A DNA stretch of 64,000 bases from Hyphochytrium catenoides. Taxonomy: Eukaryota > Protista > Hyphochytriomycota. Each line of letters starts with the position of its first letter. Positions within the stretch are counted from its first letter, which is position 1. Position numbers and translations under genes: made by a program. The notes under the pieces are model-generated. The model was given only the letters and a program-made list of their open reading frames with translations. It ran no database searches and was not told where the DNA came from. Positions 1 to 11,762 of this stretch are shown here, one piece after another. The stretch covers positions 1 to 64,000 of the forward strand of contig FLMG01003815.1 in NCBI GenBank assembly GCA_900088475.1, in the 5' to 3' direction.

Positions 1-755
1 GTTTGTCCCTCGGCAGGGAGGAATCTTACTCTCATCCTCCGCCGCCGCCATCACCGCCTTCTCCTTATTTGTACCAAGTTTTCACCGTTCTGCCGGCATC
101 ACCGGTCCAGCAATCTGACTGCCACCTTCTTTGCACTGCTCTTCCTGCTGCCCTCTTCCCCCGCTGTGCGTGCCCGGCTGTCTAGGTCTTCCGACTACTC
201 CTCTGTCCTTATTTTCACAATCACTCTGCCTCTTTTGCCCCTTTCCTCATTTATCCCTCTCTCGGTGTGCATTTCTCTTTTTTCTTCATCCTCTTCTCTC
301 GGGCTCTCGAACTCCTTTCTTCCCTCTCTTCTCCTTTACCTCTTCACTTCTCCATCTGTGGTTGGTTTGGCTCCCCGTAACCTCACCCACAATACCAAGG
401 AGTGATTCTTTTTTCCCGCAGGCCAGAGATTGTTATCCATCTTACCTTAGTCCAATGCTCGTCTTCCTTCTTGGGGCTTCTTTTGCACCAAGTTTAGGAG
501 AGGAGCAAACCCGGCCAATTAAATAGCCCCTGACGGACAAGGTAGCTTACATCCGGTACCTCTAGTAGAATGAGCTGCTCACGAGACGGAGGGGCATCCT
601 GCATCAGTAGGTAGTGACAGCCTGAAGGTCCTCTAATGGATGTCTACCACGCGAACCAGCTGGACAATAAGACATTAGCAGGAGAAGCGCATTAGAGACA
701 CCATTGACCAGAGCATTCCAAACGCCTCCTTCTGGTACCGGCGTTATAACATCAT

Positions 756-3700
756 ATGCAGCGCGGTATGTCTGCTCCACCACCTAGAGATCACCCACAA
801 GCAGTTGGCACCTCCGAACTAAGGGATCAGCTCGTGCTTGTGCGAGGGCCTGTAGCTGTTGAAAGTGTAGCAGCTAAGCAGGAGGCCACTGTGAACAGGA
901 GGCCATCACGAGGGAGAGATCAGAAGAGACACTCAATCCATCAGGATCCAGTGTCCGACTCTCTCGCTGCATTGGTAAACGATGATGCCATAAAGCGGTA
1001 CTCTGGAGAACTGAACCTCAAGAAAGTAGGCACCCCTCCAGCACGAAGCCAAAGTCCTGGCGTTTTAGAAGCAAACAGGACGACGTCGGGTACTCGAGAC
1101 ACCTCTAGCCTTCCTGCTATGAAAACTATGCAATCACTCCATAAGGCTCAAGCCTACCTTGGTAGTTNNNNNNNNNNNNNNNNNNNNNNNNNNNNNNNNN
1201 NNNNNNNNNNNNNNNNNTCCGCTCATCCATAAGATGCGTCAACTCGAGATCAGGGCCAGCTTGCAGACTAGGGCGACTCTAAGTCTGGAGAAAGAAAAGG
1301 TAATATTCAAGACAGGGCCATCAACGCACGATTAAAATACAGATGGTGTCTCATTGATGGTTTATGACCCCATTCTAGGTTTCCCTAGTCAAGGAATGTC
1401 ACGCCAAGGGCAAGCAGCTGGAGAAGCTTCAATCTCAAGTCCAGCTTCTGCAGGAAAGGAATACACTCCTTGAGAGTGAAGTCCACAGAAAGGAAGAGAT
1501 GATCCACCGTCAACGAACTTCCCTTAATCAGTTATGCGCAAGGTACTCCGGCTTGCAGCATTTACTGGCTAGCGAAGGAAGTCAAACCCATACCAAGACC
1601 AATGGTGAGCGAGTGACTAGAGCTGGAGACACCTATTTAGCCTGTTAAATGCCTATACATTCTTGTCTTGGACAGGAACTGCACCCAACCAAGCCTCTCA
1701 AACGGCCGGGGGATCCTCAGACCGACTATGCAGATCACTACTTAGTGCGGCTATTAGGGAGAAGGAAGAGCTTGAGCAACAGCTACAGTCCCTCCAACGA
1801 GAATTTGAAGATGAGCGTCGGCGAGAAAAGCACCGAACGCTTGCCAGAGGCGCCTTCCCGCTCACCCATGGTAACAATCCTGGGGCACCGGTGGGACCTA
1901 GTGTCTTGGCAGACTCGGCCAACACCGGACCCGGAGATGGACATTTGAGCTTCTCGGCGTTGGTGGATCTGTACTCAGACGATGTTACAAAGAGACTATC
2001 GTTATCGACCAACTCAGAATTTCAGGGCATTGATGAGCTCTGTAAGGTAATCTGGAATAGTGTGAAGCCCGATAACAAGCTTTTGCTGTCTACTGCGCTC
2101 TTCACGGGTATGAAGAAAATTATAGAGACCGGTACGTATCAGCTACCATAGTCTTACAAACAATGCCGCTACTACCGTCACTAGCTGACTCTCTCTGGCA
2201 CTACATAATATATGGCTGGCCTGTGCTAAAGCAGGTTCCTTACTGCTGAAGGCCACAACCTTGGCCAGATGGGCTTCTATCTTGAAGGCCGCTGTGGGAG
2301 AGTGCATAAAGTGTCGGGAAGTTCTAATATTGATGGTTGATGTGGAGAAAGGCGTCTTGTCGACTTTTATTAATGAGGAGCACCTGGGGCAGGAGCCAGA
2401 GGAAGTCTCTCAACACCCTATTGAGGTTGGACTTGCTGGTTATGCAGTCACCACCAAGAGCTTATTCAAAACACCACAAGCGGAAGCAGAGCCCCGATTC
2501 CAGAGAACCGTGGATGGCGGAAAGCAAGAGCAGGTTTGTCGTGCCTCTGTGACATATCTCTTAAGGCATCGTCTGATAGAGTAAGTTAGGTTGGCGCTTT
2601 GATGAATGCGCCAGTGCTGAATTCAGAGGGCAAGGTTATGGCCGTTATTCAAGTGTTAAATAGTGTTGATGAAGGCTCATCTATGGACTTCAACCAAGTG
2701 GACGAGTTAGCTCTACTTCTACTTGCAAAGACTGCCGTAGGAAGCCTTCACAACATCCTCAACCTCACAGCAATTCGCAACCTGCACAAAATGTTTCAAG
2801 CGCTAGCCGAAGGTCCTTTCAAGGCATCTCAACAGCTTGCCATTGGTGTCAGCAAGCCACCTGAGCTAGATGATGTGGTGGATAGCTTGGAGCGAGACTG
2901 GTGTTCTCTCAGCGGCGCCAGAAGAGTGAGAATCTTTGTAGTGGATCACAAAAGGGTTTGGTACCTCGCTGAAGACCTTGACCACGAAATCAGGACAGTC
3001 AAAAGACGCTTCTACGTGGATGGTGGCGTGGGACTGTGCGGTACGTACCCATCGGTATAGATGCATCGCCATTGGTTTGCTTGCTCTCGTCCCAAGGTAA
3101 ATCTAACACTGTCGCTCTTGCTACAATGGTTATTCTGCTGAATAGCAACAATGTTTGCTATGCGGCAGACGCTATATATCGAGGATGTTGCGTGCTGTCA
3201 ATTATACAATGACCTCGTAGATTTGCCGATAGAGACAAAGCACCCGACCCTGATTTGCATACCGGTGTTAGATGCAGCAGGCAGCGTCATTTCAATTATC
3301 CAGGTAGGTCGCCTCAACCTTATCACTAGCTGGTGTAAGTTACTGCTGTCCAACTGATGACTTCACTTACGCTTTAGAGCCAAGTCCCGCACGTCATTGA
3401 TACACTTTCTCACGGATTGACGCGAGCTCAGAGCACCCAGAAAGAGAATATTCAAAGCAGCAGTATCAGCCAACTTAATGACAGTGATGTCAGGAAAACA
3501 TTCTATGAACTAGCTGCTGCGCATATCGCGCAAATTTTAGCCTCATTTGGTCACATAGGGAAGGCCCATCGAGCATCCCTGGATGCCCGAGCGTTAGAAG
3601 GGGCCTATGCACTCGCTGCCGCCAAGGTCGGACCCATGTCTATCTCCCCTATCGCGTTTTACGTCTGCTCACAATGTCTCTTTCAGATTGGATCGAAAGC

Positions 3701-4538
3701 GGAAACGCCCTTGGGAGGCGAAGTTGTCAAAGGCGCTAGGAAGAAGAGAAGCATGGCTGACAATTCAAGAGTTCATCAAAAAGGTAAGAGACGCTTTCTC
3801 TTTAGCGAGTGTGACCGGAAAACCTCCGTCTCTCTGTAGTTTTAATCCTTTTGCTTTTGCACGCACTAAAAACAGTTTGTTGTAGGGTCTGATGCTCAAG
3901 GGAAGCCTGACGCAGTCAACGAGCCATCGCGAGGGGCTTCTCTAGCAGAAGGGAGATCCTCCTTGACTGCCACTTCGCCTGGCCTGAAGTCCAATTACCG
4001 GGAAGAGAACAAGGAGAGCATTGAACTTACACCACCTAAGAGTCCTCTTCTAGCGTTTCCTGACGCTCACTCCTTAACCTTACCACCTGTTCAAGTGAGC
4101 TCATTAGAGGCAGCTTCTGGTGCAAACCCCGCAGCATCTGACATCCAGGCATTGACGATTGCCCAACCTGACGGGACACACGCAGCTTTAGAGCAGGCAC
4201 GAATTGATTCAGCAAGCGCCAACCCAGCGCTATCATCAAAAGGTCTAGGTTCTCCTGAAGCTGGTATTGGAAAGCCACCCCCCGTTATATTGGCACTAAG
4301 TGCAGGGAATACAGCGGTCACCGATGTTCAGAGGACTGCCAGAAGACCATCTTCTGCGACAATTGAAGCTCCAAAGGAGGAGTTTGTCACGCCAAGGAGG
4401 CAAAGTATCCGGACTGTATCCTCAAGCTTGAAGAGCCCTCGCTTTCTTGATGTGCATCCGGCAGCATCAGAAACAGTGTTCCCCACTAAAAGCCCTGAGC
4501 CTGCTACCTCAGAGTTGGAGAGCAATAGTGCTATTTGA
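756..4538 (+). CDS. Multi-exon coiled-coil + tandem GAF-domain protein (spans an assembly gap; 5' end uncertain)
   Basis: Spliced exons give a coiled coil (MRQLEIRASLQTRATLSLEKEK|VSLVKECHAKGKQLEKLQSQVQLLQERNTLLESEV). GAF-A reads GLAGYAVTTKSLFKTPQAEAEPRFQRTVD...NAPVLNSEGKVMAVIQVLNS..FNQVDE. GAF-B reads TLYIEDVACCQLYNDLVDL..TLICIPVLDAAGSVISIIQ. A Ser/Pro-rich tail ends at 4538. Confidence 0.7.
1168..1217. other. Assembly gap (50 N)
   Basis: Run of n characters. Confidence 1.
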
Positions 4539-5364
4539 GGCTCGCCAACCTCCTGCTTACAAATCTACAACTCTTATGGAGAAACACAAGTGATGACCCG
4601 TAAGCCAGTGGGCGTTCATATTCCTGGGTGGTTCTCTTCATTTAAGTCTCAAATCGAAGTTGCTATGGATAGAAAGAGCCAGGAACAAGTCAGGAAGTTC
4701 TCTTTGACTCAGAAGGGCCATGAGGGTCAATGCTTAGCAGACTCGTACAGCTACTGTGGAGAAACTAGATGCACACTGCACTTCCAGCTCCTAGAGTCGC
4801 TAAGCAACTCTGCTATCTTGTAACATAAAGGGTTGACAGTTAACCCAGTCAATCAGCTGTGAACGGTTGTCTCCTGATTCCAGAGCGGGCGTCAGCCTTG
4901 GCGTCAGCTGTTGACGGCGCGAGGCGGAGTGACAAGTGGAAAAGCGAGGAAGGAGAAGCATCCTTCTGTGGAGTGATGATGGCCTTGCCTTCTTGGTGAT
5001 CTTTACTCCCCTCACAAACACATCAGAATCCGTCCCATCGAGTATAGGGACTTCATCTATCGTAAATGACGACACTATGAACGCTGGTTATTCGGAATAA
5101 AAACAAATGTTAGCCGTTGCTGGCCAGGGGCGACTGCAACGGACAGAAAGATCCTCTATCTGACAACGAAGCACTTGAAGCTTGTAAGAGGAAGGCGCAG
5201 TCGGAAGATCGCCATCAGACTTGTGAGTACCTCATCAGGGAGCTTGTTCAGATCTGTAAGCTGAGGAGGCGGCAAGAACAGAGGCTCAGTTGCCGCTCGG
5301 TGGCTCCTTGTGACCCATTTTGAGTTGTCTCCCAGTATATGTCAGACGTTTGTATACTACCAGC

Positions 5365-7509
5365 ATGACCAGGGCTACCGTGAAGACCCCACTTCTGCAG
5401 GATGGGAAGCCTGAGCACCGTAAAGGATCGCCAACTTTCATGCAGGAGGCGCAGTTGGAGGCAGAACTTCATGGAGTCAAGCCGTATAATAGTACTCTGG
5501 CGACCGCGATATGCCTGAACTACATAATTGGCACCGGATGCTTTGGCCTTCCTTATGCTTTTACCCAGGCAGGCTTGGTGCTTACCTCTAGCGTCCTCCT
5601 GATTGGAGGACTCTTTGCAACCCTAGCAATGAATTATACCCTGGAGTTCATGTCCAGAGCTGAGGGTGAGGATCTTGTCACATTGGCTCACGGATATTTC
5701 TGCATTGCTATGGCCTCGTATGACGTCTCACTGGCTGTCATCATGGGTTTCTCCTTAGTACCAGCCTGGCTCACAGCATGCTGAACCCTTTGTCCGCCGT
5801 ATGCCACTTCCACAGGGGTGACCTCATACAGACCGGGAGAGCCCCCTCAGCATAGGATAGGGTACCGGAAGCTTGACTTTAGCAAAATTGGGGAGTTGTT
5901 CCAAGGAGCAAAGGGTCGGATTCTGATTCAGTTTATGATCACGTGGTAGGCCTTATCTTATTACCCTGTCCTCCCCGCTTCCTCCGCCACCACACGTTGA
6001 CTCCTGCCCAAGCTATGCCATTGGGACCCTTTGGTCATACGCTTCTGTCTTTTCTTCTTCCATGTCGTCCCTATACTTCTCCTACGTAATGAAGGAGCAT
6101 TGCGACGTGCAAGACCAGCCATCGACTGCGTGCCTCGCCTCCTACTACGTTTCGATGGCCATTTATGCAACCATTGTCATCACCTTGGCTCTCATGGATG
6201 TCGGCGAGCAGGTAAGGTCTACCAACTATGACTATATTGTCTCAACACTCTGACCAGGTGACGAGAGAGATTTGAACGGATGTCAGATGCTTTTGGTGGT
6301 GTCAATGCCTCCTTATCGAAGTCCTCCAGTGCAGTCTATGAAGGGGCCATCGGCACTTGTCAATGAAATCACTATCTAAAGGACTCCAATGTACTTCCAG
6401 GCCTGGATCCAAACCTTTCTAGCTTCTTATCGAGTCGTGGCCTTCGGGATCATGTTGTGCACACTAGCAGTCAAGCTCATTGTCGATGGGTGGCAACAAA
6501 CTGAGATGCGGGCAAACCAGATAGGAGCGGTGGACCTCACGAACTTTGCTGCTGGTCAGAAGCTCATTCCTGTATAAGATAATTGGGTCATTCTAACGCT
6601 GGCGCTTTGTCTCCTTCCAGGATTTGGGCCTTGCCTGCTAGCTATCAACTGTCACTATAATATGCCGGACGCTTTACAGCCTCTGAAGGTTCCTGGTCTC
6701 TTTGTGTCGGAAACTACTACAATATGGTGCTTATGCTCTGTTACCTAGGACAAAAGCAAGGCGAGGCAGGTGACCTTCACTGCCTTGCTCTTATCTTGTG
6801 GCTTGTACCTCTCATTTGGTCTAATGGATGCATTGGCATTCGACAAGGTAGCGTGATTCTACCACCTAGACAGGTTCAATTATTCTAACCTCGTCTTCTA
6901 CAATCCTCACTCACGGTTAGGTAAATCCCTTGGCTTCTCTCAACTGGAGTAACTACACAGGATGCGGCAATGGATGGTCTGTTTGCTCTTCATATCCTGG
7001 CGTGCTAGCGATCACGATCCAGCTGCTAGTCCTGCTGTTCCCAGTCATTAACGTAACCTCATCGTACCCTTTGGTGTGTGTGACGGTGGGGGACAACCTG
7101 ATGATGTTAGCGCCACAATCTCTAGTTAGACGGCTGGGGAAGCCCCAGCTCAAAACCATATTTAGACTTATTGCCACAATCCCTCCGCTAGTGCTGGCAA
7201 CTGGTACGTCCTATGGTCTGCACATCCGTTGAACACTTCAATCTGGCTAAAAAGTATTCCATACCAGCTTTCAAGAAGTTGGACACCATCTTCACAATTG
7301 CTGGGCTCTTCGGATTCTTCCTCGGCCTAATCATCCCCGCGTACTTGCAAATTGCCAGCGTTAACTTTTGCATGACTCGCTGGGGTTCCCCCCAAGGGGC
7401 TCTGACGCCTTATACTGTAAGGCACTTCAGTGACTTGAGGTTGGCTTGGTTGTTCCTTTCGTTGGGCATTGTAGCTCTTTTTGTTGCAGTCGGCACTCTT
7501 AGAGTATAA
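5365..7509 (+). CDS. Aa_trans family amino-acid transporter, TMEM104/SLC38-like (multi-exon)
   Basis: AICLNYIIGTGCFGLPYAFTQAG TM1 signature, YAIGTLWSYASVFSSS, LLFPVINVTSSYPLVCVTVGDNL and FRLIATIPPLVLA, with many hydrophobic helices. GT-AG introns keep frame. Stop TAA at 7507-7509. Confidence 0.88.
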
Positions 7510-7702
7510 TTTTGTCAACTCTCCGGGGATATTATCGGATCGCCGATCGCTCATGTGCTGACCGTAGTCGCTGAGCCGAAAGGAGCTCCACCTAGGTCTA
7601 TTTAGCAAAGAATCTGCTCTCAACATTCTGCACGCTCTAATCACGATGCATCATCTGGGAACGGACTCCGCATTACAGCCGAGCGCCTGGTCCTTAGTTC
7701 AA

Positions 7703-10302
7703 TCAGCTTTTGGAATGCCGTGCCGCGGTCCACGCTATTATGCTGAACGAGGGAACGACTCAGCACGTGCTCGTTGTTAGTTTACGGAAGGGGATTACCT
7801 CTTAACGTTCGTGAGAGCCAACTTGATCGCCTTTGTCCACTTTTCCTCGTTTTTGAGATAACGAATAGAAAGGCCGCCTACCCGATGACCCTCAATCTGT
7901 CACGGATAATTTACATCACTTCCACGATCGTTGTGCAAGGATATTCAGGGAGGAGGCGGTTAGTACCTTCCACGGCAACTTGAACGTTTTGTCCAGGGTC
8001 TCAATGTGTATGACTAGCTCATTCATACATTGCACCCACGCAACCATTCCAAGGTTATATCGACTCTCGACAAAGTTATCAGTGGCAGAACCATGGCTGA
8101 GAGGTTAGAAATAACAAGACAATTAGATTAACGCAATGCGATAAAGTGCGCCCACAACTTCACTGGCTTACAGGTCGTATTGCATTTGGGGAGGGATCAG
8201 TCGTTGAATCTTTGAGCAGTTGCCCACAGGGATAATTTTGTGCCTGAGGAAGCAGGGTTAGTGTCTCCCAATCGTGATAAAAAGAGAGTGAGTGAGGTTG
8301 ACGTAGGAGGTCGGTGGTGGCAACAGAGCCAAGACACTTACGTACTGAGTGTGTAGCCTATCATTGAGGCTATACTGGTCAAACAGAGTGCACATTGGCC
8401 CCATGCTGCGTTGATCTCGTGCCAATCAACCTACATTGAATGTCAGATCCACATCTGGTTAATAACCCACGTTCTCTACTCTGGCTTGCTATTTGTGGAT
8501 TTTTGCTACACCCTGTGTCAGGGCTCGACAAATTCTGCTCCAAATTCTCCGGTGCATTATGATCATCTTCCATTCTCTCAAGCACTACAGCTCGTACAAA
8601 GTCTTAGACTACCTGCACAGACGGTAAACGCCCCAGCCGGAAGGTATTGATCACTGCAACAGGTCCATCATCCACAATACAGAAGACGTCGTCCAGCACG
8701 TTTAGACCCTGGAATCGGCGATTCTACGTAGAATAACGTCACTCTCACTGAAAGCAGCCAAAAGCAGGAAACGGGAGAGCCCTATGGCGTAGGCCAACAG
8801 CTGATATATCGGTGATGTGGAGAGAAGAATGTACACTGTTGAAGCCAAGGTGGGAGGGCGATGGGAAGCAATTCGCCGCTAACCTGTGAGTGCATCCCAG
8901 CTATTCTAAATAGTGCACTATCTCGATCATCCGCAAAGTCCTGAAGACGCAAGGTGTACGCCGCGACCTCCTGCCAGAAGCTGCCTTCTCGTTAGTTTCA
9001 ATTTGTTAATTGAGCGCACAAGGGCAGAGCGAACCAAATCAGACGGCAGCACTTAGGGAGCAGTACTAAGAAAGGTCAGGCCTTAGTGGTATGACAGGGC
9101 AGTCGGCTTGCCAGAGGGTACATACACGTTTTCTTCATCGTCAAGCCCTGCTTCCTCCTTCGAGAGTTCCAGGAGCTCATCATTAAGCGCTTGTCTCTCC
9201 TCTTCCATCATTGCAAGATTCCTCCGAAGGGTGATCATCTCAGCCTCGTACTATGAAGAAGGCAGTGCCGGTGACAGAATAAGTACAGGGCATATGGGAG
9301 GACTTAGAAATAGAGGTTGTTATTAGCAAGGGTCAAAGAGTGTGAGAGCGACATAAAAAGTAGAAAGCGATTAACACTCACAGTGCGAATGTCTTCATGC
9401 ATACTTCTAATGTCTGCTGCTGTTTGGCTATGTGCGTTTAGCGCCGTAATAAGGCCCATGAACGATCTCTTCTCTTCTCTTGTACGCTCCAGTTCACTAT
9501 AGCATGTTAGAGAGAGACCCTTAAACATAGAAAAGCCCACGTTCGCTTCGTTGTCACTCCCCTGTCCTTTGCTTATTCTCTTCCTATAGTGCAAGGCGTA
9601 ATATGCGTGCAACTAGAATACAATCGCCGCAGAGCTCAGGTGACTAGAGTGTCCTTACTTGTCGCATTCCAGGGTAATCGTCCCATGGCAGTCTCGACAG
9701 ACGGGCTGAGGAGCGGGCGAGCCGGAACTGCGAAAGAGGAAGCGTTGAGATCGGGAAAGATATACAACTCACAGGCATGAGAGATCGCAAAAGAATAGGT
9801 TCACTACTGCTTAAGGAAAAGATGTTGTGGTCGATGCCATGTACCTTAGAGCTTTTCTTCTTGTGGCGATATTAACATTCTCACTCACTCCATGGGTGAT
9901 TGTGACTAGACTTGCTGCCATATTCTGCGCATATTGCTGCTTGCTTAATGACTGCATCTGACCTGGGTGATTACCAATGAAGCTGCTGGTGCCAGCATGT
10001 AGACTACGAGGCGGCAGGAAGACGTAGGACTCTTCCATGCCCGCAGCGGTAAAGCCTGTGGTCGTCCATTAGTGACACCAGTGATACGATGCACCACGCC
10101 TACTTCAAAACACTCCCCCTTTGTGTTTAATACTTGTGCTCTTGACCCTCTGATGACATAAGAGCAATATGATCTTACTTTGATGTGCTTCAAACTTCAA
10201 TGAGGGAGCATCATCAGAACTCGCAGTCATCGCCACAGATCTGGCACAGCTGATGCAAGGAAGAGTGACCTGCATACTTCCAGCAGCAGTATTGACCTGC
10301 AT
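7703..10302 (-). CDS. ATG6: Beclin-1 / ATG6 / Vps30 (class III PI3K complex subunit), about 11 exons
   Basis: Hand-spliced minus-strand exons: MQVTLPCISC; MEESYVFLPP; QPVCRDC; coiled coil YEAEMITLRRNLAMMEEERQALNDE; FWQEVAAY; LNVLDDVFCIVDDGPVAVINTFRLGRLPSVQ|VDWHEINAAWGQCALCL; HKIIPVGNCSKI; EEKWTKAIKLALTNVKSIIAW. These are hallmark Beclin BARA/ECD motifs. Start ATG is at 10275 or 10302. Confidence 0.92.
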
Positions 10303-10319
10303 ACTTCCAACAGCAGTAT
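10266..10319. repeat. 27-bp tandem duplication (1 mismatch) covering the ATG6 start region
   Basis: tgacctgcatacttccagcagcagtat / tgacctgcatacttccaacagcagtat. Confidence 0.95.
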
Positions 10320-11762
10320 TGTTGATCAATACTGGCCAAGGTATGCTTTGGTCTGCCAAGCGCCACCTTCTGGCTCTGGCAATCCGATACTATATGTACA
10401 TCTTCCGAGAGCGTTCTGCTCTTTCTGCGTTGACACTATAAGGAAGCTGGATGACTACTTCGTTGAGCAAGCATCTTTCACAGAGTAGAGGGGGACGTGG
10501 CTTTCCCACCTTACCGGTTGAAAGACTCTATCTCTGTGTCTCTATCCAGTTCCGTCGTCTTCTTTTGAAGTCAACCGATGATGAGACTGATGCAGAAAGA
10601 AGGCAGAAGCTTCCACATCAGGGCTGGAAGGCTGCTTATTCCCTTTGACTGCACACTTCCGATGCGAGCGGAAAGTGCTGGCAAAGTGCATGAAACAAAA
10701 GGGCACTAGATTATGTGTGACGGGCTTCTCTAGTAACTGATGCGACTGATCCAAGAACTTTGGTCCGGAATGATATTGTCTTGTCTTGTTCTCATCACTC
10801 TTTGAGGAGATGTCGTTCTATGCCACTTGCTTTCGATTGCCCAATGCCAAAAGATGCGACTGACCTTCACAGCTGGATCAGAATCAAAGCGTCTAGAGCT
10901 ATTGCATGCTTGAGACCTGGGGAATCTACGCCCCTTTGGATGACAGCAGCTGGAAGAGAGATCTGAGATAAGGCGCCCCGGGCGGAGCAACATTCGCAAG
11001 TGATTAGCTGCGTGTCGGGTCTATACCTCCAACTTCATACAAGGAGCTTACAGATCTAGGGTAGCAGATATCGCTAAGACACATGGGAGAAAGCATTAAG
11101 GGTTGGCCAGCTGAAGAGGGCTTAGACTTTGGAACAGAGAATCGCATCGCTCTCTTATTCGCTGCCTCGTGGCATTTTAGAAGCAGAGCTCTGACACAGA
11201 AGCTCAGCAACAGCAAAGAGGTCAGAGGTCATTCAGGGCTATCAGGGACTATGCGATGGACCTAATTATACTCTTACTTCCAGGCTGATGAAGACTTTCC
11301 CTTGGCCTTAAGACGGCGTCTGCGCCTAGTAAACCTGGAGCTCAATGACGACGACGCAAGTCAAGGTGGTTCCTGGCAGAAAGTTCAACGGCGGTAGTAT
11401 CACACTGAGCCTCTTTCATTGTAGCAGTGAACCAGCAAATGACGGTACAGTGCATCACCGAGAGAAACCCAGAAAGGTAAGGGTTTCGAAGTTAACGTTC
11501 GCCACCTGGGAGCTCCGACTCATTGTGGCTGTACGGCAGGAGAGCTCTATTACTGCGTCGCTGCATGGTCAATAAGCTGCCTACACTTGTCGTCCTTGAC
11601 CGCTCAGGTCTGGTATCCACGGAGAAAGAAGCTAGGACATGGGCAGAGGTACTTTAGGCAATAGAGCGAGGCATGTCCTCTTGGACCTCTAACTTGTATA
11701 TTGTGTAGAGCAATGCTCTCCCTCAATGGCTACTCTGTCTCATTGGCACCACCGAAGGTGAG

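Noticed and set aside
1-430. Pro/Leu/Phe-rich ORFs and a possible minus-strand start (MAAAEDESKIP at 51)
   Set aside because: Pyrimidine-rich low complexity explains the plus-strand ORFs. The minus-strand start is too short to support at the window edge.
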